Positions 38,631 to 48,719 of a stretch of 50,468 nt of DNA are shown piece by piece (within the stretch, counting starts at the first letter, position 1; each line of letters opens with the position of its first letter). The notes under the pieces were generated by a model, which was given only the letters and a program-made list of their open reading frames with translations, had not been told where the DNA came from and did no database searches. The DNA is taken from positions 1 to 50,468 of the forward strand of contig CAXUNW010000001.1 in NCBI GenBank assembly GCA_964252505.1, written 5' to 3'. The stretch is from an uncultured Acidobacteriaceae bacterium (GTDB lineage Bacteria; Acidobacteriota; Terriglobia; Terriglobales; Acidobacteriaceae). Position numbers and translations under genes: made by a program.

Positions 38631-39437
38631 ATGCTCGCTGCCGCCACAATACGAACTCAAATCGAAGATGCCTTGTCGGCTCAGATACCTGGCGCGTTTA
38701 CTTCGAGATCACGTGTGACCCGACCGGTCCTGCCGGTAGGAATCGCCACAGTTGACCAACTGCTGAGAGGAGGCGTTCCGGTTGGAGCCATTACCGAGAT
38801 CGCTGGTCCGGAATGCTCGGGACGGACTGCTTTGGCACTTTCCTTTGTCGGGCGGATGACCGCTGCAGGCAGAGTATGCGCCTGGGTGGATGTTTCCGAT
38901 GCATTCCACCCTGAATCTGCGGCAGCTTGCGGTGTTGATCTGAGCCTTCTGCTCTGGGTTCGTTGCGGGGTTGGAAGGCCCTCCATGAAGCTTGACGTTC
39001 TCAGGAAGCGAGGTGCAGCCCAGACGCAGCTGTCCCGAGTGGACGAGGCATTGCGAGTGATGGGACTGCTTTTACAAGGCGGAGGATTCAATGCCATTGT
39101 TCTTGACATGGGTGGCATCCTCCCGCAGGATGCTTTGCGTATTCCCTTGGCGACGTGGTTTCGTTTCCGTGCGGCAGCGGAGCGAACACAGGCATGCCTT
39201 CTTGCGCTGACACAGCATCCTTGCGCCAAAAGCAGCGCAGGGCTGGTGCTTGGCTTGAATGCGGGCGAAGCTTTGGCGGATGAAGCCACCCTGTTCACGG
39301 GGTTCTCTCATCGACTTGATGTGGCGTGCCAGCGCGTGGCACAGGATGCTCCTCATCTCGGTGCCTTAAGAAAGCCGCCACAGCGTGAGACGACAGCGCG
39401 ATGGAACAGCCATGTTTCCTGGGCAGCAGCCCGATGA
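38631..39437 (+). CDS. imuA: ImuA-like RecA/RadA-fold mutagenesis protein
   Basis: GIATVDQLLRGGVPVGAITEI, degenerate Walker A GPECSGRT, WVD; first gene of the cassette. Confidence 0.8.
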   Translation: MLAAATIRTQIEDALSAQIPGAFTSRSRVTRPVLPVGIATVDQLLRGGVPVGAITEIAGPECSGRTALALSFVGRMTAAGRVCAWVDVSDAFHPESAAACGVDLSLLLWVRCGVGRPSMKLDVLRKRGAAQTQLSRVDEALRVMGLLLQGGGFNAIVLDMGGILPQDALRIPLATWFRFRAAAERTQACLLALTQHPCAKSSAGLVLGLNAGEALADEATLFTGFSHRLDVACQRVAQDAPHLGALRKPPQRETTARWNSHVSWAAAR

Positions 39438-40948
39438 ACCGCGAAAGGAACATCTACGCATGCCTTTATGCGCGGGAGTTTCCGTTGCAGACGCTGCTTC
39501 GACTGCGGTCCCATTTGCAGACCAATCCCTGTGTCGTGTTGGAAGGAGAACCGCCTTTGCAACGTGTTTGTTCTTTGAACAGTGCGGCAGAAAGGCAGGG
39601 GCTTGTCTGCGGTATGACGCGAGTTGAGGTGGATAGCGTTCCCTCCATCCAGATCTTGCTCCGGTCATTTGCAGAAGAGTCGACAGCAAGGGCGATGATG
39701 CTGGAATGTGCCGGCACATTTTCTCCCCGGGTTGAGGAGAGAAGGGACGCAAACGCATTTATTTGCCTCATCGATATCTCTGGATCGCAGAAGCTTCTTG
39801 GGACGCCGGAGCTTGTGGCAAGAGCCATTCTCGACCGGGTCTGGTTGCTTGGTATTACCGCGTGTGTCGCGGTCAGCCATCACTTTGATACCGCTATCTG
39901 CCTTGCCAAGAGCATGATTGCAAAAAAGGACATCATGATCGTTCCGGCGGGGGAAGAGGCTTCCGTTCTGTCCTCGCTGCAGCTAGAGGTTTTAGATATA
40001 TCTGAAGATCACCTAAAAATTTTTTCGTCGTGGGGCGTCTATACATTGGGTCAACTCGCGGCTTTACCGGAGAATGCGCTGGTTGCACGGACAGGGGAGG
40101 AAGGGAGAAGACTTTGGCAGCTGGCACGAGCGCAGTCCCCGCATCTCTTTCTGCCTGTGGAAGCCGCGGCCACTCTGGAAGAGCTCTTTGAATTGGATAC
40201 TCCGGTTGAGGCGTTGGAGTCATTGCTTTTCGTGATCGGGATGATGTTGGAGCAACTCATCCTGCGGGCGGCTAGTCGCGTGTTAGCACTGGCATCGATG
40301 ACCATAACACTGCACCTGGAGGGTGAAGCATTGCATGTTCGCTCTGTGCGGCCTGCATTGCCCAATAACGACCGTGCGCTCTGGATCAAGCTCATCCACC
40401 TGGATCTGGAAGCGCACCCACCGATGGCCGCAGTGGTCGCTCTTACTCTTACAGCGGAGCCGGGCCATACCAGTAAGATGCAACTCGGTCTGTTTTCTCC
40501 TCAAGTGCCGGAATCAGCAAAGCTGGATGTAACTTTGGCCCGGATCCAGGCGATCGTTGGAGAGGGCTGCGTTGGCCGCGCCGTGTTGAAAGACACGCAT
40601 GAACCGGATGCGTTCCGCATTCAACCTTTCGTTGTTTCAAGCGTCAGTGCGAAAGAGTTTGTCTGTGAGCCCTCTCGGACTGCGCTGCGGCAGCTGCGTC
40701 CCGCCGAAGTAACGACTGTCACCTTGCGCGATGAGCAGCCGGAAGCTCTCCGGTTTTGCGAAAAGCGGTATGTGGTGGAACACGTTTATGGCCCTTGGAT
40801 TACTAGTGGTGACTGGTGGAACACATCACCTTGGGCAGAGCAGCAATGGGACCTGGTGGCGCGCGCAGAGGATGGCGCACTGCTGTGCTGTTGCCTGGTG
40901 CACGATGTAGTGGAAAGCCGCTGGCTGATGACCGCGTTATATGACTAA
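39434..40948 (+). CDS. imuB: ImuB, catalytically inactive Y-family polymerase
   Basis: Y-family-like N-terminus without catalytic acidic residues, clamp motif QLGLF, GPW..SGDWW C-terminus; ATGA-coupled. Confidence 0.85.
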   Translation: MNRERNIYACLYAREFPLQTLLRLRSHLQTNPCVVLEGEPPLQRVCSLNSAAERQGLVCGMTRVEVDSVPSIQILLRSFAEESTARAMMLECAGTFSPRVEERRDANAFICLIDISGSQKLLGTPELVARAILDRVWLLGITACVAVSHHFDTAICLAKSMIAKKDIMIVPAGEEASVLSSLQLEVLDISEDHLKIFSSWGVYTLGQLAALPENALVARTGEEGRRLWQLARAQSPHLFLPVEAAATLEELFELDTPVEALESLLFVIGMMLEQLILRAASRVLALASMTITLHLEGEALHVRSVRPALPNNDRALWIKLIHLDLEAHPPMAAVVALTLTAEPGHTSKMQLGLFSPQVPESAKLDVTLARIQAIVGEGCVGRAVLKDTHEPDAFRIQPFVVSSVSAKEFVCEPSRTALRQLRPAEVTTVTLRDEQPEALRFCEKRYVVEHVYGPWITSGDWWNTSPWAEQQWDLVARAEDGALLCCCLVHDVVESRWLMTALYD

Positions 40949-43900
40949 ACATTATGTTGAATTACATGCCGCAAGCGCCTTCAGCTTTCTTGAAGGCGCA
41001 TCGCAGCCCGAGGCGCTTATTAAGCGGGCCTTTGAACTCGGAATGTCGGCGATGGCGTTGCTGGACCGTAACGGTGTCTATGGCTCGGCTCGCTTTAATA
41101 CAAGTGCAAAAGCAAATGGTATTCGGGCGCACATAGGTTCGGAGATTAGCGTATCTGACCTAGGGCTGCGTTTGGTGCCTCCAATCTGGCTTCCACACCG
41201 GCATCTTGCGGACCCGGTTCGCCTGCCGCTTCTCTGCGAATCCCGCGTGGGCTATCAAAACCTATGTCAGCTCATCACGCGATTCAAAATGAGGGAGACG
41301 AAGAAGAGTGAAGGCGCAGCAACCCTCGATGATTTGCGTGAATACGCTTCCGGCCTTATCTGCCTGACAGGAGGACCGGAAGGCCCTTTGGCCTCAGCGC
41401 TGATGCGTGGCGGGGAGGACGCGGGCAGGGCGATGGTGGAGCTGCTGATAGACATCTTCGGACAGGCACAGATTTACATTGAGCTGCAACGACACTACGA
41501 ACGGGAGGAAGAGTGGCGCAATCAGGCAGCCATACGAATCGCGCGATCGCTAAAACTGCCGGTACTTGCCACAAATGGTGTGCGCTATGCTTCGCCTTAC
41601 GATCGCGAAGTGTTGGATCTTTTTACGGTTGTGCGGCACCATACCGATCTTGACCATGCCGGGCGTCTTCTTGGAGTCAATAGTCAGCGTCATCTACGCG
41701 GTGCAGCCGAGATGCACGCACTTTTTCACGATGTTCCTCTTGCGGTTGAGCATACCGTAGAGCTCTCTACCCGCCTCCAATTTGAACTTGACAATCTAGG
41801 TTATGCATTTCCCCGCTACCCGGTTCCAGACGGTGATTCAATGGACAGTTTCTTGCGGAAGCGGGTTCGGGAAGGAGTGCAGATCCGGTATGGATGCAAG
41901 AACGATTACGACCTGCTGGATCGTGCAAAGAAGCAAGTGGAGCATGAGTTGACGCTCATTGAGCGGCTTGGTTTTGCAGGATATTTCCTGATTGTCTGGG
42001 ACATTGTCGAATACTGTAAGCGTGAGGGAATTCTGATCCAAGGGCGTGGTAGCGCCGCCAACTCCGCCGTGTGCTATGCGCTCGAAATTACTGCCATTGA
42101 TCCTGTAGGCATGGATCTTCTTTTCGAGCGCTTTCTGAGTGAAAGCCGTGGCGAGTGGCCAGACATTGATTTGGATTTGCCTTCTGAAGAGAAGCGGGAA
42201 CAAGCGATTCGGTATGTCTACCAACGTTATGGAGAGCTTGGAGCCGCAATGACGGCGAACGTCATTACATACCGCGGCAAGTCAGCCGCTCGCGAGGTAG
42301 GGAAGGCGCTTGGCTTCGATCCGGAATCACTGGAGAAGCTATCTGGCCTGATCAGCCGTTGGGAATGGAAGGCGAGAACGGACACGATGGAGTATTCCTT
42401 CCTGAATGCCGGCTTTGACTTGAAGCATCCACGCATTGCAAAATACCTGGAGCTTTGCCTTAGGCTTCAGGACCTGCCCAGGCACCTGGGCCAGCACTCA
42501 GGCGGCATGGTGATCTGTGAGGGGCAACTGAACTCCATCGTCCCGCTGGAAAGGGCCTCCATGCCAGGCCGGACGGTAGTGCAGTGGGACAAGGAAGACT
42601 GCGCCGACGTTGGCATTATCAAGGTGGACCTGCTTGGCCTTGGCATGATGGCCGTAATCAAAGACTGCCTGGAATTAATTCCGAAGCATTATGGCCACAC
42701 GGTTGATCTGGCTCAGCTTCCTCAAGACGAAAATGTTTATAAGACGCTGCAACGCGCCGACACAGTGGGTATGTTTCAGGTCGAAAGCCGTGCGCAGATG
42801 GCCTCTCTTCCCCGCAATAGTCCTAAGGAGTTCTATGACATTGTCGTACAGGTGGCAATTATTCGGCCTGGTCCCATCGTTGGCAAAATGATGCATCCCT
42901 ACATGCGGCGGCGGCAAAACAAAGAAAAGGTCACCTATCCTCACCCATCCCTGGAACCGGTGCTCAAGCGTACGCTGGGCGTGCCGCTCTTTCAAGAACA
43001 GTTGCTGCGAATCGCCATGACAGTAGCTAACTTTTCAGGGGCAGAAGCGGAAGAATTGCGCCGAGCCGTTGGGATGCGGCGGTCCTTTCAACGTATGAAG
43101 AGTCTTGAAGATAAGTTGCATCAGGGAATGATAGCGAATGGTATCGATACGTCAGTTAGAGAGAGCATCATCGAAAATATTAGTTCGTTCGCTCTGTATG
43201 GCTTTCCGGAATCGCATGCGGCCAGCTTCGCGCTTCTGGCCTATGCGTCGGCCTATTTCAAGGTAAAGTATCTTGCGGCGTTTACCTGCGCTATCCTTAA
43301 CAACCAGCCAATGGGCTTTTACATGCCGGCGGTCCTGGTCAAAGACGCTCAGCGCCATGGTCTCAAAGTGAAATCCATTGACATTCAGGTTTCGGAATGG
43401 GCCTGCACGCTTGAAAATGAGGCTGATGGTAGCCTGGCATTGCGTATGGGGTTTGGCTATGCTAAGGGTCTACGGCAGCAATCGGCAGAGGCAATAACTG
43501 CTATACGGGCGCAGGCAGGCTTGTTTCGTTCGACCGAGGATCTTACTCTACGAGTTCCTTCGCTGAACCGAAAAGAGCTAACGTTGCTCGCGCGCATCGG
43601 GGCCTTGAACACGGTCGACGGCATCGCGCACCGCCGTGACGCGCTCTGGCAGGTAGAACGAGCAGGCAAACCGGAGGGTCCGCTACTGCGGCAGAATGGC
43701 GAGTGGCTGCGAGAGACTGATAATGTTCTTCCTCTCGGAAAGATGAGTACCGAAGAGCGTCTGGTGGCAGATTATGGAGGAACGGGCTTGACGGTCGGAA
43801 AGCATCCAATGTACTTTCGTCGTCCAGAATTGCGCCGCGAGCGAATTCTTTCCGCAAGCGAACTTCGCGGGTGCAACGATGGTGATCTTGTTCGTACAGC

Positions 43901-44159
43901 GGGCTGCATCATCGCGCGGCAACGACCTGGCACCGCGAAAGGTTTTATATTTCTATCCATGGAAGATGAGACAGGCATTGCCAACGTTATCATCACGCCT
44001 GATTTATACGAGAGTGAGCGCGTGCTGGTCACACGCAGCAAATTCCTGATGGCGGAAGGTCTGCTTCAGAATAAGGATGGTGTCATTCATGTAAAGGCCA
44101 AGCGGTTGCGTGCGCTGTTTGATAGCGCGCTTGAACTGCGATCGCACGACTTTCACTAG
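40941..44159 (+). CDS. dnaE2: error-prone DNA polymerase DnaE2 (ImuC)
   Basis: YVELHAASAFSFLEGAS PHP domain, GRGSAANS, PDIDLD, KVDLLGLG, YGFPESH, terminal SHDFH. Confidence 0.95.
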   Translation: MTKHYVELHAASAFSFLEGASQPEALIKRAFELGMSAMALLDRNGVYGSARFNTSAKANGIRAHIGSEISVSDLGLRLVPPIWLPHRHLADPVRLPLLCESRVGYQNLCQLITRFKMRETKKSEGAATLDDLREYASGLICLTGGPEGPLASALMRGGEDAGRAMVELLIDIFGQAQIYIELQRHYEREEEWRNQAAIRIARSLKLPVLATNGVRYASPYDREVLDLFTVVRHHTDLDHAGRLLGVNSQRHLRGAAEMHALFHDVPLAVEHTVELSTRLQFELDNLGYAFPRYPVPDGDSMDSFLRKRVREGVQIRYGCKNDYDLLDRAKKQVEHELTLIERLGFAGYFLIVWDIVEYCKREGILIQGRGSAANSAVCYALEITAIDPVGMDLLFERFLSESRGEWPDIDLDLPSEEKREQAIRYVYQRYGELGAAMTANVITYRGKSAAREVGKALGFDPESLEKLSGLISRWEWKARTDTMEYSFLNAGFDLKHPRIAKYLELCLRLQDLPRHLGQHSGGMVICEGQLNSIVPLERASMPGRTVVQWDKEDCADVGIIKVDLLGLGMMAVIKDCLELIPKHYGHTVDLAQLPQDENVYKTLQRADTVGMFQVESRAQMASLPRNSPKEFYDIVVQVAIIRPGPIVGKMMHPYMRRRQNKEKVTYPHPSLEPVLKRTLGVPLFQEQLLRIAMTVANFSGAEAEELRRAVGMRRSFQRMKSLEDKLHQGMIANGIDTSVRESIIENISSFALYGFPESHAASFALLAYASAYFKVKYLAAFTCAILNNQPMGFYMPAVLVKDAQRHGLKVKSIDIQVSEWACTLENEADGSLALRMGFGYAKGLRQQSAEAITAIRAQAGLFRSTEDLTLRVPSLNRKELTLLARIGALNTVDGIAHRRDALWQVERAGKPEGPLLRQNGEWLRETDNVLPLGKMSTEERLVADYGGTGLTVGKHPMYFRRPELRRERILSASELRGCNDGDLVRTAGCIIARQRPGTAKGFIFLSMEDETGIANVIITPDLYESERVLVTRSKFLMAEGLLQNKDGVIHVKAKRLRALFDSALELRSHDFH

Positions 44160-44607
44160 TCTCCAGCAGCTGACTATGAGGGATGACGCAACTTTGACTT
44201 ATTTCGTGCGACTGGAGAGTTGCTCTCGAGGGTGAAGCTGAAAACGGTAGCATAGGGCACGCTCATTTACACAAAATACAAATAGTCGCCCAACCTTCAG
44301 TTAAGAAGCAAGACTACGTTCACTTACTTATTTATAATTCCATGGATACTCGAAGACAGTTCTGCCGACCAAGAGAAGGCTGCGACGGGGATTACGTCGC
44401 TTGTGGATAAATACACGGTATTTGGAACGCTACTTATGGAGCCAACGTTAAACCCCGTTCTCGCGGCTACACTCATGGCCTCTTAACAAAGCTTGCCAAC
44501 AAAGGCGGCCTTAGCACCTACTTCGCTCGTCTGATAAACGATGAACCCGTCACCTGGCCGCTGCCAGTGCTTCTGCCGGCAGCCGAACTGGACTTTGGGT
44601 CTGATTG

Positions 44608-46050
44608 ATGAATTCATCCACAACTCTGCGTATAGGCCTCTTCGGCATCGGTCTGGATGCCTACTGGGGTCAGTTTGAAAGCCTTCAAGTCCGTCTACGT
44701 GGATACTTGGCTGAGGTCGAGCAGCGTCTTAGCGGCTCCAACCGCACTGTCGTTAACCTTGGGTTGGTCGACACTGCGGAATGCGCCTTCAGAGTCGGCC
44801 ACGAAGCTCGTCGCGCAGACGTTGATCTTCTCGTTCTATACATAACCACCTACGCCCTATCCTCCACAGTGTTACCCGTTGTTCGCCGAGCCCGGGTTCC
44901 GGTCCTCGTTCTGAATCTCCAGCCCGAGGCCGCGCTTAATTACCATAGCTTCAACAGGCTTCCCAATCGCACGGCTATGACCGGTGAATGGCTTGCATTC
45001 TGCTCGGCCTGTCCGGTTCCTGAGATTGCCAATATTTTCATGCGATCCGGTATCTCCTTCCACGAAGTCACGGGATTTCTGGCTAACGACGTAGTGTGTT
45101 GGCAAGAGGTCGAAAGTTGGCTGCGTGCTGCCGAAGTCGTCCAGACCCTCAATCATCTTCGCCTTGGCCTTATGGGTCATTACTACAGCGGGATGCTGGA
45201 TATTGCCACCGACCTAGCTGCCATTGCAGGCACCTTCGGGACACATCTCGAGATCTTGGAGGTTGACGAGCTCTCGCGCCTACGCCTTGATGCGCGAGAA
45301 TCTGAAGTCGCCCAACGCTTCCAAGAGATTGCTCTGGCCTTTGACGTCCAACCTGATTGCAGCGCCTTCGAGCTTGGACGCGCTGCCAGAACTTCCGTTG
45401 CGCTCGACTCCCTCGTCTCACGCTATAGTCTTGGTGCCTTGGCGTACTACTACAAGGGGACCGGAGTTGCCGCAAACGAAGATACGATGAGTTCCATCAT
45501 TCTTGGAACCTCTCTGCTTACCAGCCGCGGAGTTGCGGTTGCCGGCGAATACGAGGTCAAGAACGTTGTTGCCATGAAGGTTCTCGATACACTTGGGGCA
45601 GGAGGATCGTTTACCGAGTACTACGCGATCGACTTCAAGGATGATGTCATCCTCATGGGTCATGATGGGCCAGGGCACGGCGGGATTGCTGAAGGTAAGA
45701 CCAAGGTCCGCCCGCTGGAGGTCTACCACGGTAAGGTTGGTAGCGGACTTTCGGTCGAGATGAGCGTTCGTCCCGGGCCCGTTACGCTGTTATCGGTCGT
45801 CGAGCATCAGGTTGCAGGACGGTCCAGCTTCAAGCTTCTCTTCGCTCATGGCGAAGTTGTGCCGGGTGAAACGCTCGCGATCGGCAACACTAACAGCCGC
45901 TTTCGCTTCGCTCTCGGCGCGCGCGCCTTTCTGGCGGCGTGGAACCGGGAAGCGCCTGCACATCACTGCGCGGTCGGCGTTGGGCATCTTGGCTCAGAGC
46001 TGCACAAGGTCGCGGCTCTTCTCGGGATTCCCGCCGTCGAAGTCTGTTAG
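44608..46050 (+). CDS. L-fucose / L-arabinose isomerase family protein
   Basis: IGLFGIGLDAYW, AGEYE, FTE, MGHDGP, PAHHCA metal-binding pattern. Confidence 0.8.
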   Translation: MNSSTTLRIGLFGIGLDAYWGQFESLQVRLRGYLAEVEQRLSGSNRTVVNLGLVDTAECAFRVGHEARRADVDLLVLYITTYALSSTVLPVVRRARVPVLVLNLQPEAALNYHSFNRLPNRTAMTGEWLAFCSACPVPEIANIFMRSGISFHEVTGFLANDVVCWQEVESWLRAAEVVQTLNHLRLGLMGHYYSGMLDIATDLAAIAGTFGTHLEILEVDELSRLRLDARESEVAQRFQEIALAFDVQPDCSAFELGRAARTSVALDSLVSRYSLGALAYYYKGTGVAANEDTMSSIILGTSLLTSRGVAVAGEYEVKNVVAMKVLDTLGAGGSFTEYYAIDFKDDVILMGHDGPGHGGIAEGKTKVRPLEVYHGKVGSGLSVEMSVRPGPVTLLSVVEHQVAGRSSFKLLFAHGEVVPGETLAIGNTNSRFRFALGARAFLAAWNREAPAHHCAVGVGHLGSELHKVAALLGIPAVEVC

Positions 46051-46136
46051 CTGAACCTCAGCCCAGAACATCCGTTCACACGCTAGACTCTTGCTGGAGA
46101 GGTTTCTGCCGCTCGCGAAGGGGCCAAGAGCACGGA

Positions 46137-47411
46137 ATGGGGTTTAGACGGATATTGACAGGTTATCGCATACAACAGCTGGCGCTGGTCCTGCTCATCA
46201 CGGTTGCGGGCTTCTCGCAGCGTCTGGCGCAGCGCAACTGGCAAGGTTCCGGGCTCACGGCGCAGACGTGGTGGCCTCGAGCAACCTTGTGCTCACTGGA
46301 TCTCCGTAGGGATCGCACACGCAGCCTTTCCGGGGTGACTGCACGGCTCGACGAGTTCCAATCCATGGGCTGCGATGCGCTGGTTCTCGACATCCTTGCG
46401 CCGGCGACGAGCGCAGGAGCGCCTGTGTCCCTCACCTTCGGGACACTTGACGACAGCGACAACCTGATTGAGCAGATGGGACGAAGGAAGATGCGTCTGG
46501 TGTTCGACCTGCCATCACAAGCCGAAGGAGAAGCGGCAAGCAAGACCACACTCGACCAGATGCGTTTCTGGCTCTCCCGCGGCGTTGCAGGCTTTGTGCT
46601 GCCTGCTGGAAGCGACGCACTGGCTCATTCCGCGCATCAGGTGACCGCTTCGGCGCTCGGAACGCGGGTTCTCATCGGAGATGGTCTGGTAAGTCCTGCG
46701 CCTGCGGCGATGACTCATCGCGCGGTGACTCCAGACATCCAACTATCGCTGCGGCACCTTGCCGCCGCGAACGATCGGGCTTCCATCGAGGCACTTCGCG
46801 CTATCCTCTCAAGTCCGTCCAGTTTGCCGCCTCTTCCTCTGCTAACCCTGGATGACGTTCCCGCTCCGGAGACGCCGATCGATCCTGCGCTGGAGTTTGC
46901 GGCTCATCGCGCTCAGGCAGCCATCCTGCTGGGCAATGGACCCGCAGCGATCCTCCCGCTTTCCGCCTTGAGTTCGCATGCCATGTCAAGCGCGAGGACG
47001 GAGTTCGGCTTCTCCCCCGAAGAGCTTGGGCTCTGGGTTCCTGCGGGCGGCGATCCACTTGGCCCATCACCGCAGCAGGAGTTTGCCGCGTGGCTGCATT
47101 CCCTGAACGATCTGCGTCACACGAGCCCAGCGCTTCGCACGGGTGCATCGACTTACGTCGACCTGGACCTGAACGAGTTCCTCGTCTGGATCGTCCGGCC
47201 GAAAGGTCCAGGTGTTCCGCTGCTGTTCGCCTGCAACCTGTCCAGCAGCGCTGCGCATGTGTCGGTTGCGCGGGAGCTGCGCGACCTTGGCATTCGCGCC
47301 AATTCGGTGCGGACTGTGCTGCAGACTGATCCCGATCCATCGCAACCGGCTTCAACGCTCGATGACATTGCGCTCGATGCGAGTGGAGTGTTTGTCGGCG
47401 AGCTCCGATAG
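46137..47411 (+). CDS. secreted GH13 (alpha-amylase fold)-like protein, catalytically degenerate
   Basis: WW...LSGVTARLDEFQSMGCDAL, FGTLDD...MRLVFDL, MRFWLSRGVAGF, LRHTSPALRTG plus a domain-C-like tail; catalytic Asp absent. Confidence 0.65.
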   Translation: MGFRRILTGYRIQQLALVLLITVAGFSQRLAQRNWQGSGLTAQTWWPRATLCSLDLRRDRTRSLSGVTARLDEFQSMGCDALVLDILAPATSAGAPVSLTFGTLDDSDNLIEQMGRRKMRLVFDLPSQAEGEAASKTTLDQMRFWLSRGVAGFVLPAGSDALAHSAHQVTASALGTRVLIGDGLVSPAPAAMTHRAVTPDIQLSLRHLAAANDRASIEALRAILSSPSSLPPLPLLTLDDVPAPETPIDPALEFAAHRAQAAILLGNGPAAILPLSALSSHAMSSARTEFGFSPEELGLWVPAGGDPLGPSPQQEFAAWLHSLNDLRHTSPALRTGASTYVDLDLNEFLVWIVRPKGPGVPLLFACNLSSSAAHVSVARELRDLGIRANSVRTVLQTDPDPSQPASTLDDIALDASGVFVGELR

Positions 47412-47418
47412 AGTCAGC

Positions 47419-48579
47419 TTAGCTGGTGGTTGTGTAAGCCCTGTAGACTGCCTGGAAGACTGCATCCCAAGTGCAGGTCTCCGCGTAGCTGCGTGCTGAG
47501 TGGCGCATCTGGGCGAGACGCGATGAATGGTGGGCAAGATCGGCGATGGTTGCGGCGAAGCGCTCGTCAGCGACTATATAGCCGGTTTCGCCCTCGCGAA
47601 CGATGTACTTCGGTCCACCATCGGGCGTGACGATGGCGGGAACTCCGGAGGCAAGGGCTTCGAGGACGACGTTGCCGAATGTATCTGTGTGCGAGGGGAA
47701 GAGGAGAATGTCCATATCGGCGTAAGCCTGGGCAAGCGCGTGGCCGCGCAGAACACCGGCGAAGTCGGCTGCGGGAAGGTCGCGGCGAAGCGACTGTTCC
47801 TCCGCTCCCTGACCGATGATGAGGAAGCGGAAAGGCCGATCGGTGAGAGTGGCGAGTTCGCGGGCAATGCGCGGGAGAAGAGCTACGTTCTTCTCCACCG
47901 AAAGGCGCCCGACGAAGCCAAGGACAAGCGGATCGTTGTCCAGGCGAGTTCGATGGCTGGGCGAGAAGAGGTCTGTGTCGACTCCCCGCTGCATGAGATG
48001 GCAAGGCTTTCCGGTTGCCGCGGCGAGCATGGTGCAGAGCTCATGATTCGGTGCGAAGAGGACGCGAGCGAGACGATAGAAGCGCGTTGTGAGACCGAGC
48101 GCTTGACGCTCGATAGCTTGGTTGAGGCGTTGCGCTGCGAATCGGGAGGTGAAGAACGCGGTTCGGGTTGCGGCATATTCGTGGATGTTGGTATGCCAGG
48201 AAGCGGCGAGTGGAATGCCAAGCTTCCAGGCGAAGTATGCGCCGAAGATGCCGAGTTCGCTGGGTCCTGTGATGTGGATGATGTCGGGACGGAAGGCGCG
48301 CAGTGTGCGGGAGATGATGCGTGTATACCGCCAGAAGAGCGTGTCGAACTGGAGGTCTTTCTCCAAGCGGATCGATGCGGCGCTGCGGGGAAGATCGAGG
48401 GTTTCGATGCTTCCGGCGCTTGCGTGAAGCGGTTTGCGCTGGTCTGGCTGGGAAGCGCGGATGCATAAGAAGGGCAGACTGCGGCGCGCGGCGAAGGCGA
48501 GAAAGTTGCGGCTTGTGTGCGCGACTCCGTTGACCTCGTGGAAGGAATCCGGGAAGAAGGCAACGCGAGGCGAATGCAT
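47419..48579 (-). CDS. GT4 glycosyltransferase (MgtA/Agt-like glycolipid synthase type)
   Basis: VAFFPDSFHEVNGVAHT, SWHTN, RGVDTDLF, VGRLSVEKN, DTFGNVVLEALASG. Confidence 0.88.
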   Translation of the reverse strand: MHSPRVAFFPDSFHEVNGVAHTSRNFLAFAARRSLPFLCIRASQPDQRKPLHASAGSIETLDLPRSAASIRLEKDLQFDTLFWRYTRIISRTLRAFRPDIIHITGPSELGIFGAYFAWKLGIPLAASWHTNIHEYAATRTAFFTSRFAAQRLNQAIERQALGLTTRFYRLARVLFAPNHELCTMLAAATGKPCHLMQRGVDTDLFSPSHRTRLDNDPLVLGFVGRLSVEKNVALLPRIARELATLTDRPFRFLIIGQGAEEQSLRRDLPAADFAGVLRGHALAQAYADMDILLFPSHTDTFGNVVLEALASGVPAIVTPDGGPKYIVREGETGYIVADERFAATIADLAHHSSRLAQMRHSARSYAETCTWDAVFQAVYRAYTTTS

Positions 48580-48656
48580 GGAACAAGCGTATCGCTGTTT
48601 GCTGATTGTTCCATTTCAGCATGGGCTTGCGCTATTTTGAAGCACCTTTGTTGGTG

Positions 48657-48690
48657 CAGTCACGAGGTTGTCACGAAGGCTTTCGATACT
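48657..48690 (+). promoter_or_regulatory. putative Pho box plus -10 element
   Basis: CAGTCAC-gagg-TTGTCAC (11-bp period) followed exactly 10 nt later by GATACT, 30 nt before the ATG at 48720. Confidence 0.6.
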
Positions 48691-48719
48691 GGCGGGGAGG
48701 CGCGTGGAGGAAACTCACG

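Noticed and set aside
38631-44159. Prophage or ICE carrying the mutagenesis cassette
   Set aside because: No integrase, transposase, att-like repeat or tRNA was seen at the flanks.
46052-46076. TGAAC-N16-CGTT, an EcfG-like promoter upstream of the GH13-like gene
   Set aside because: A single short match that could arise by chance; no supporting second copy.
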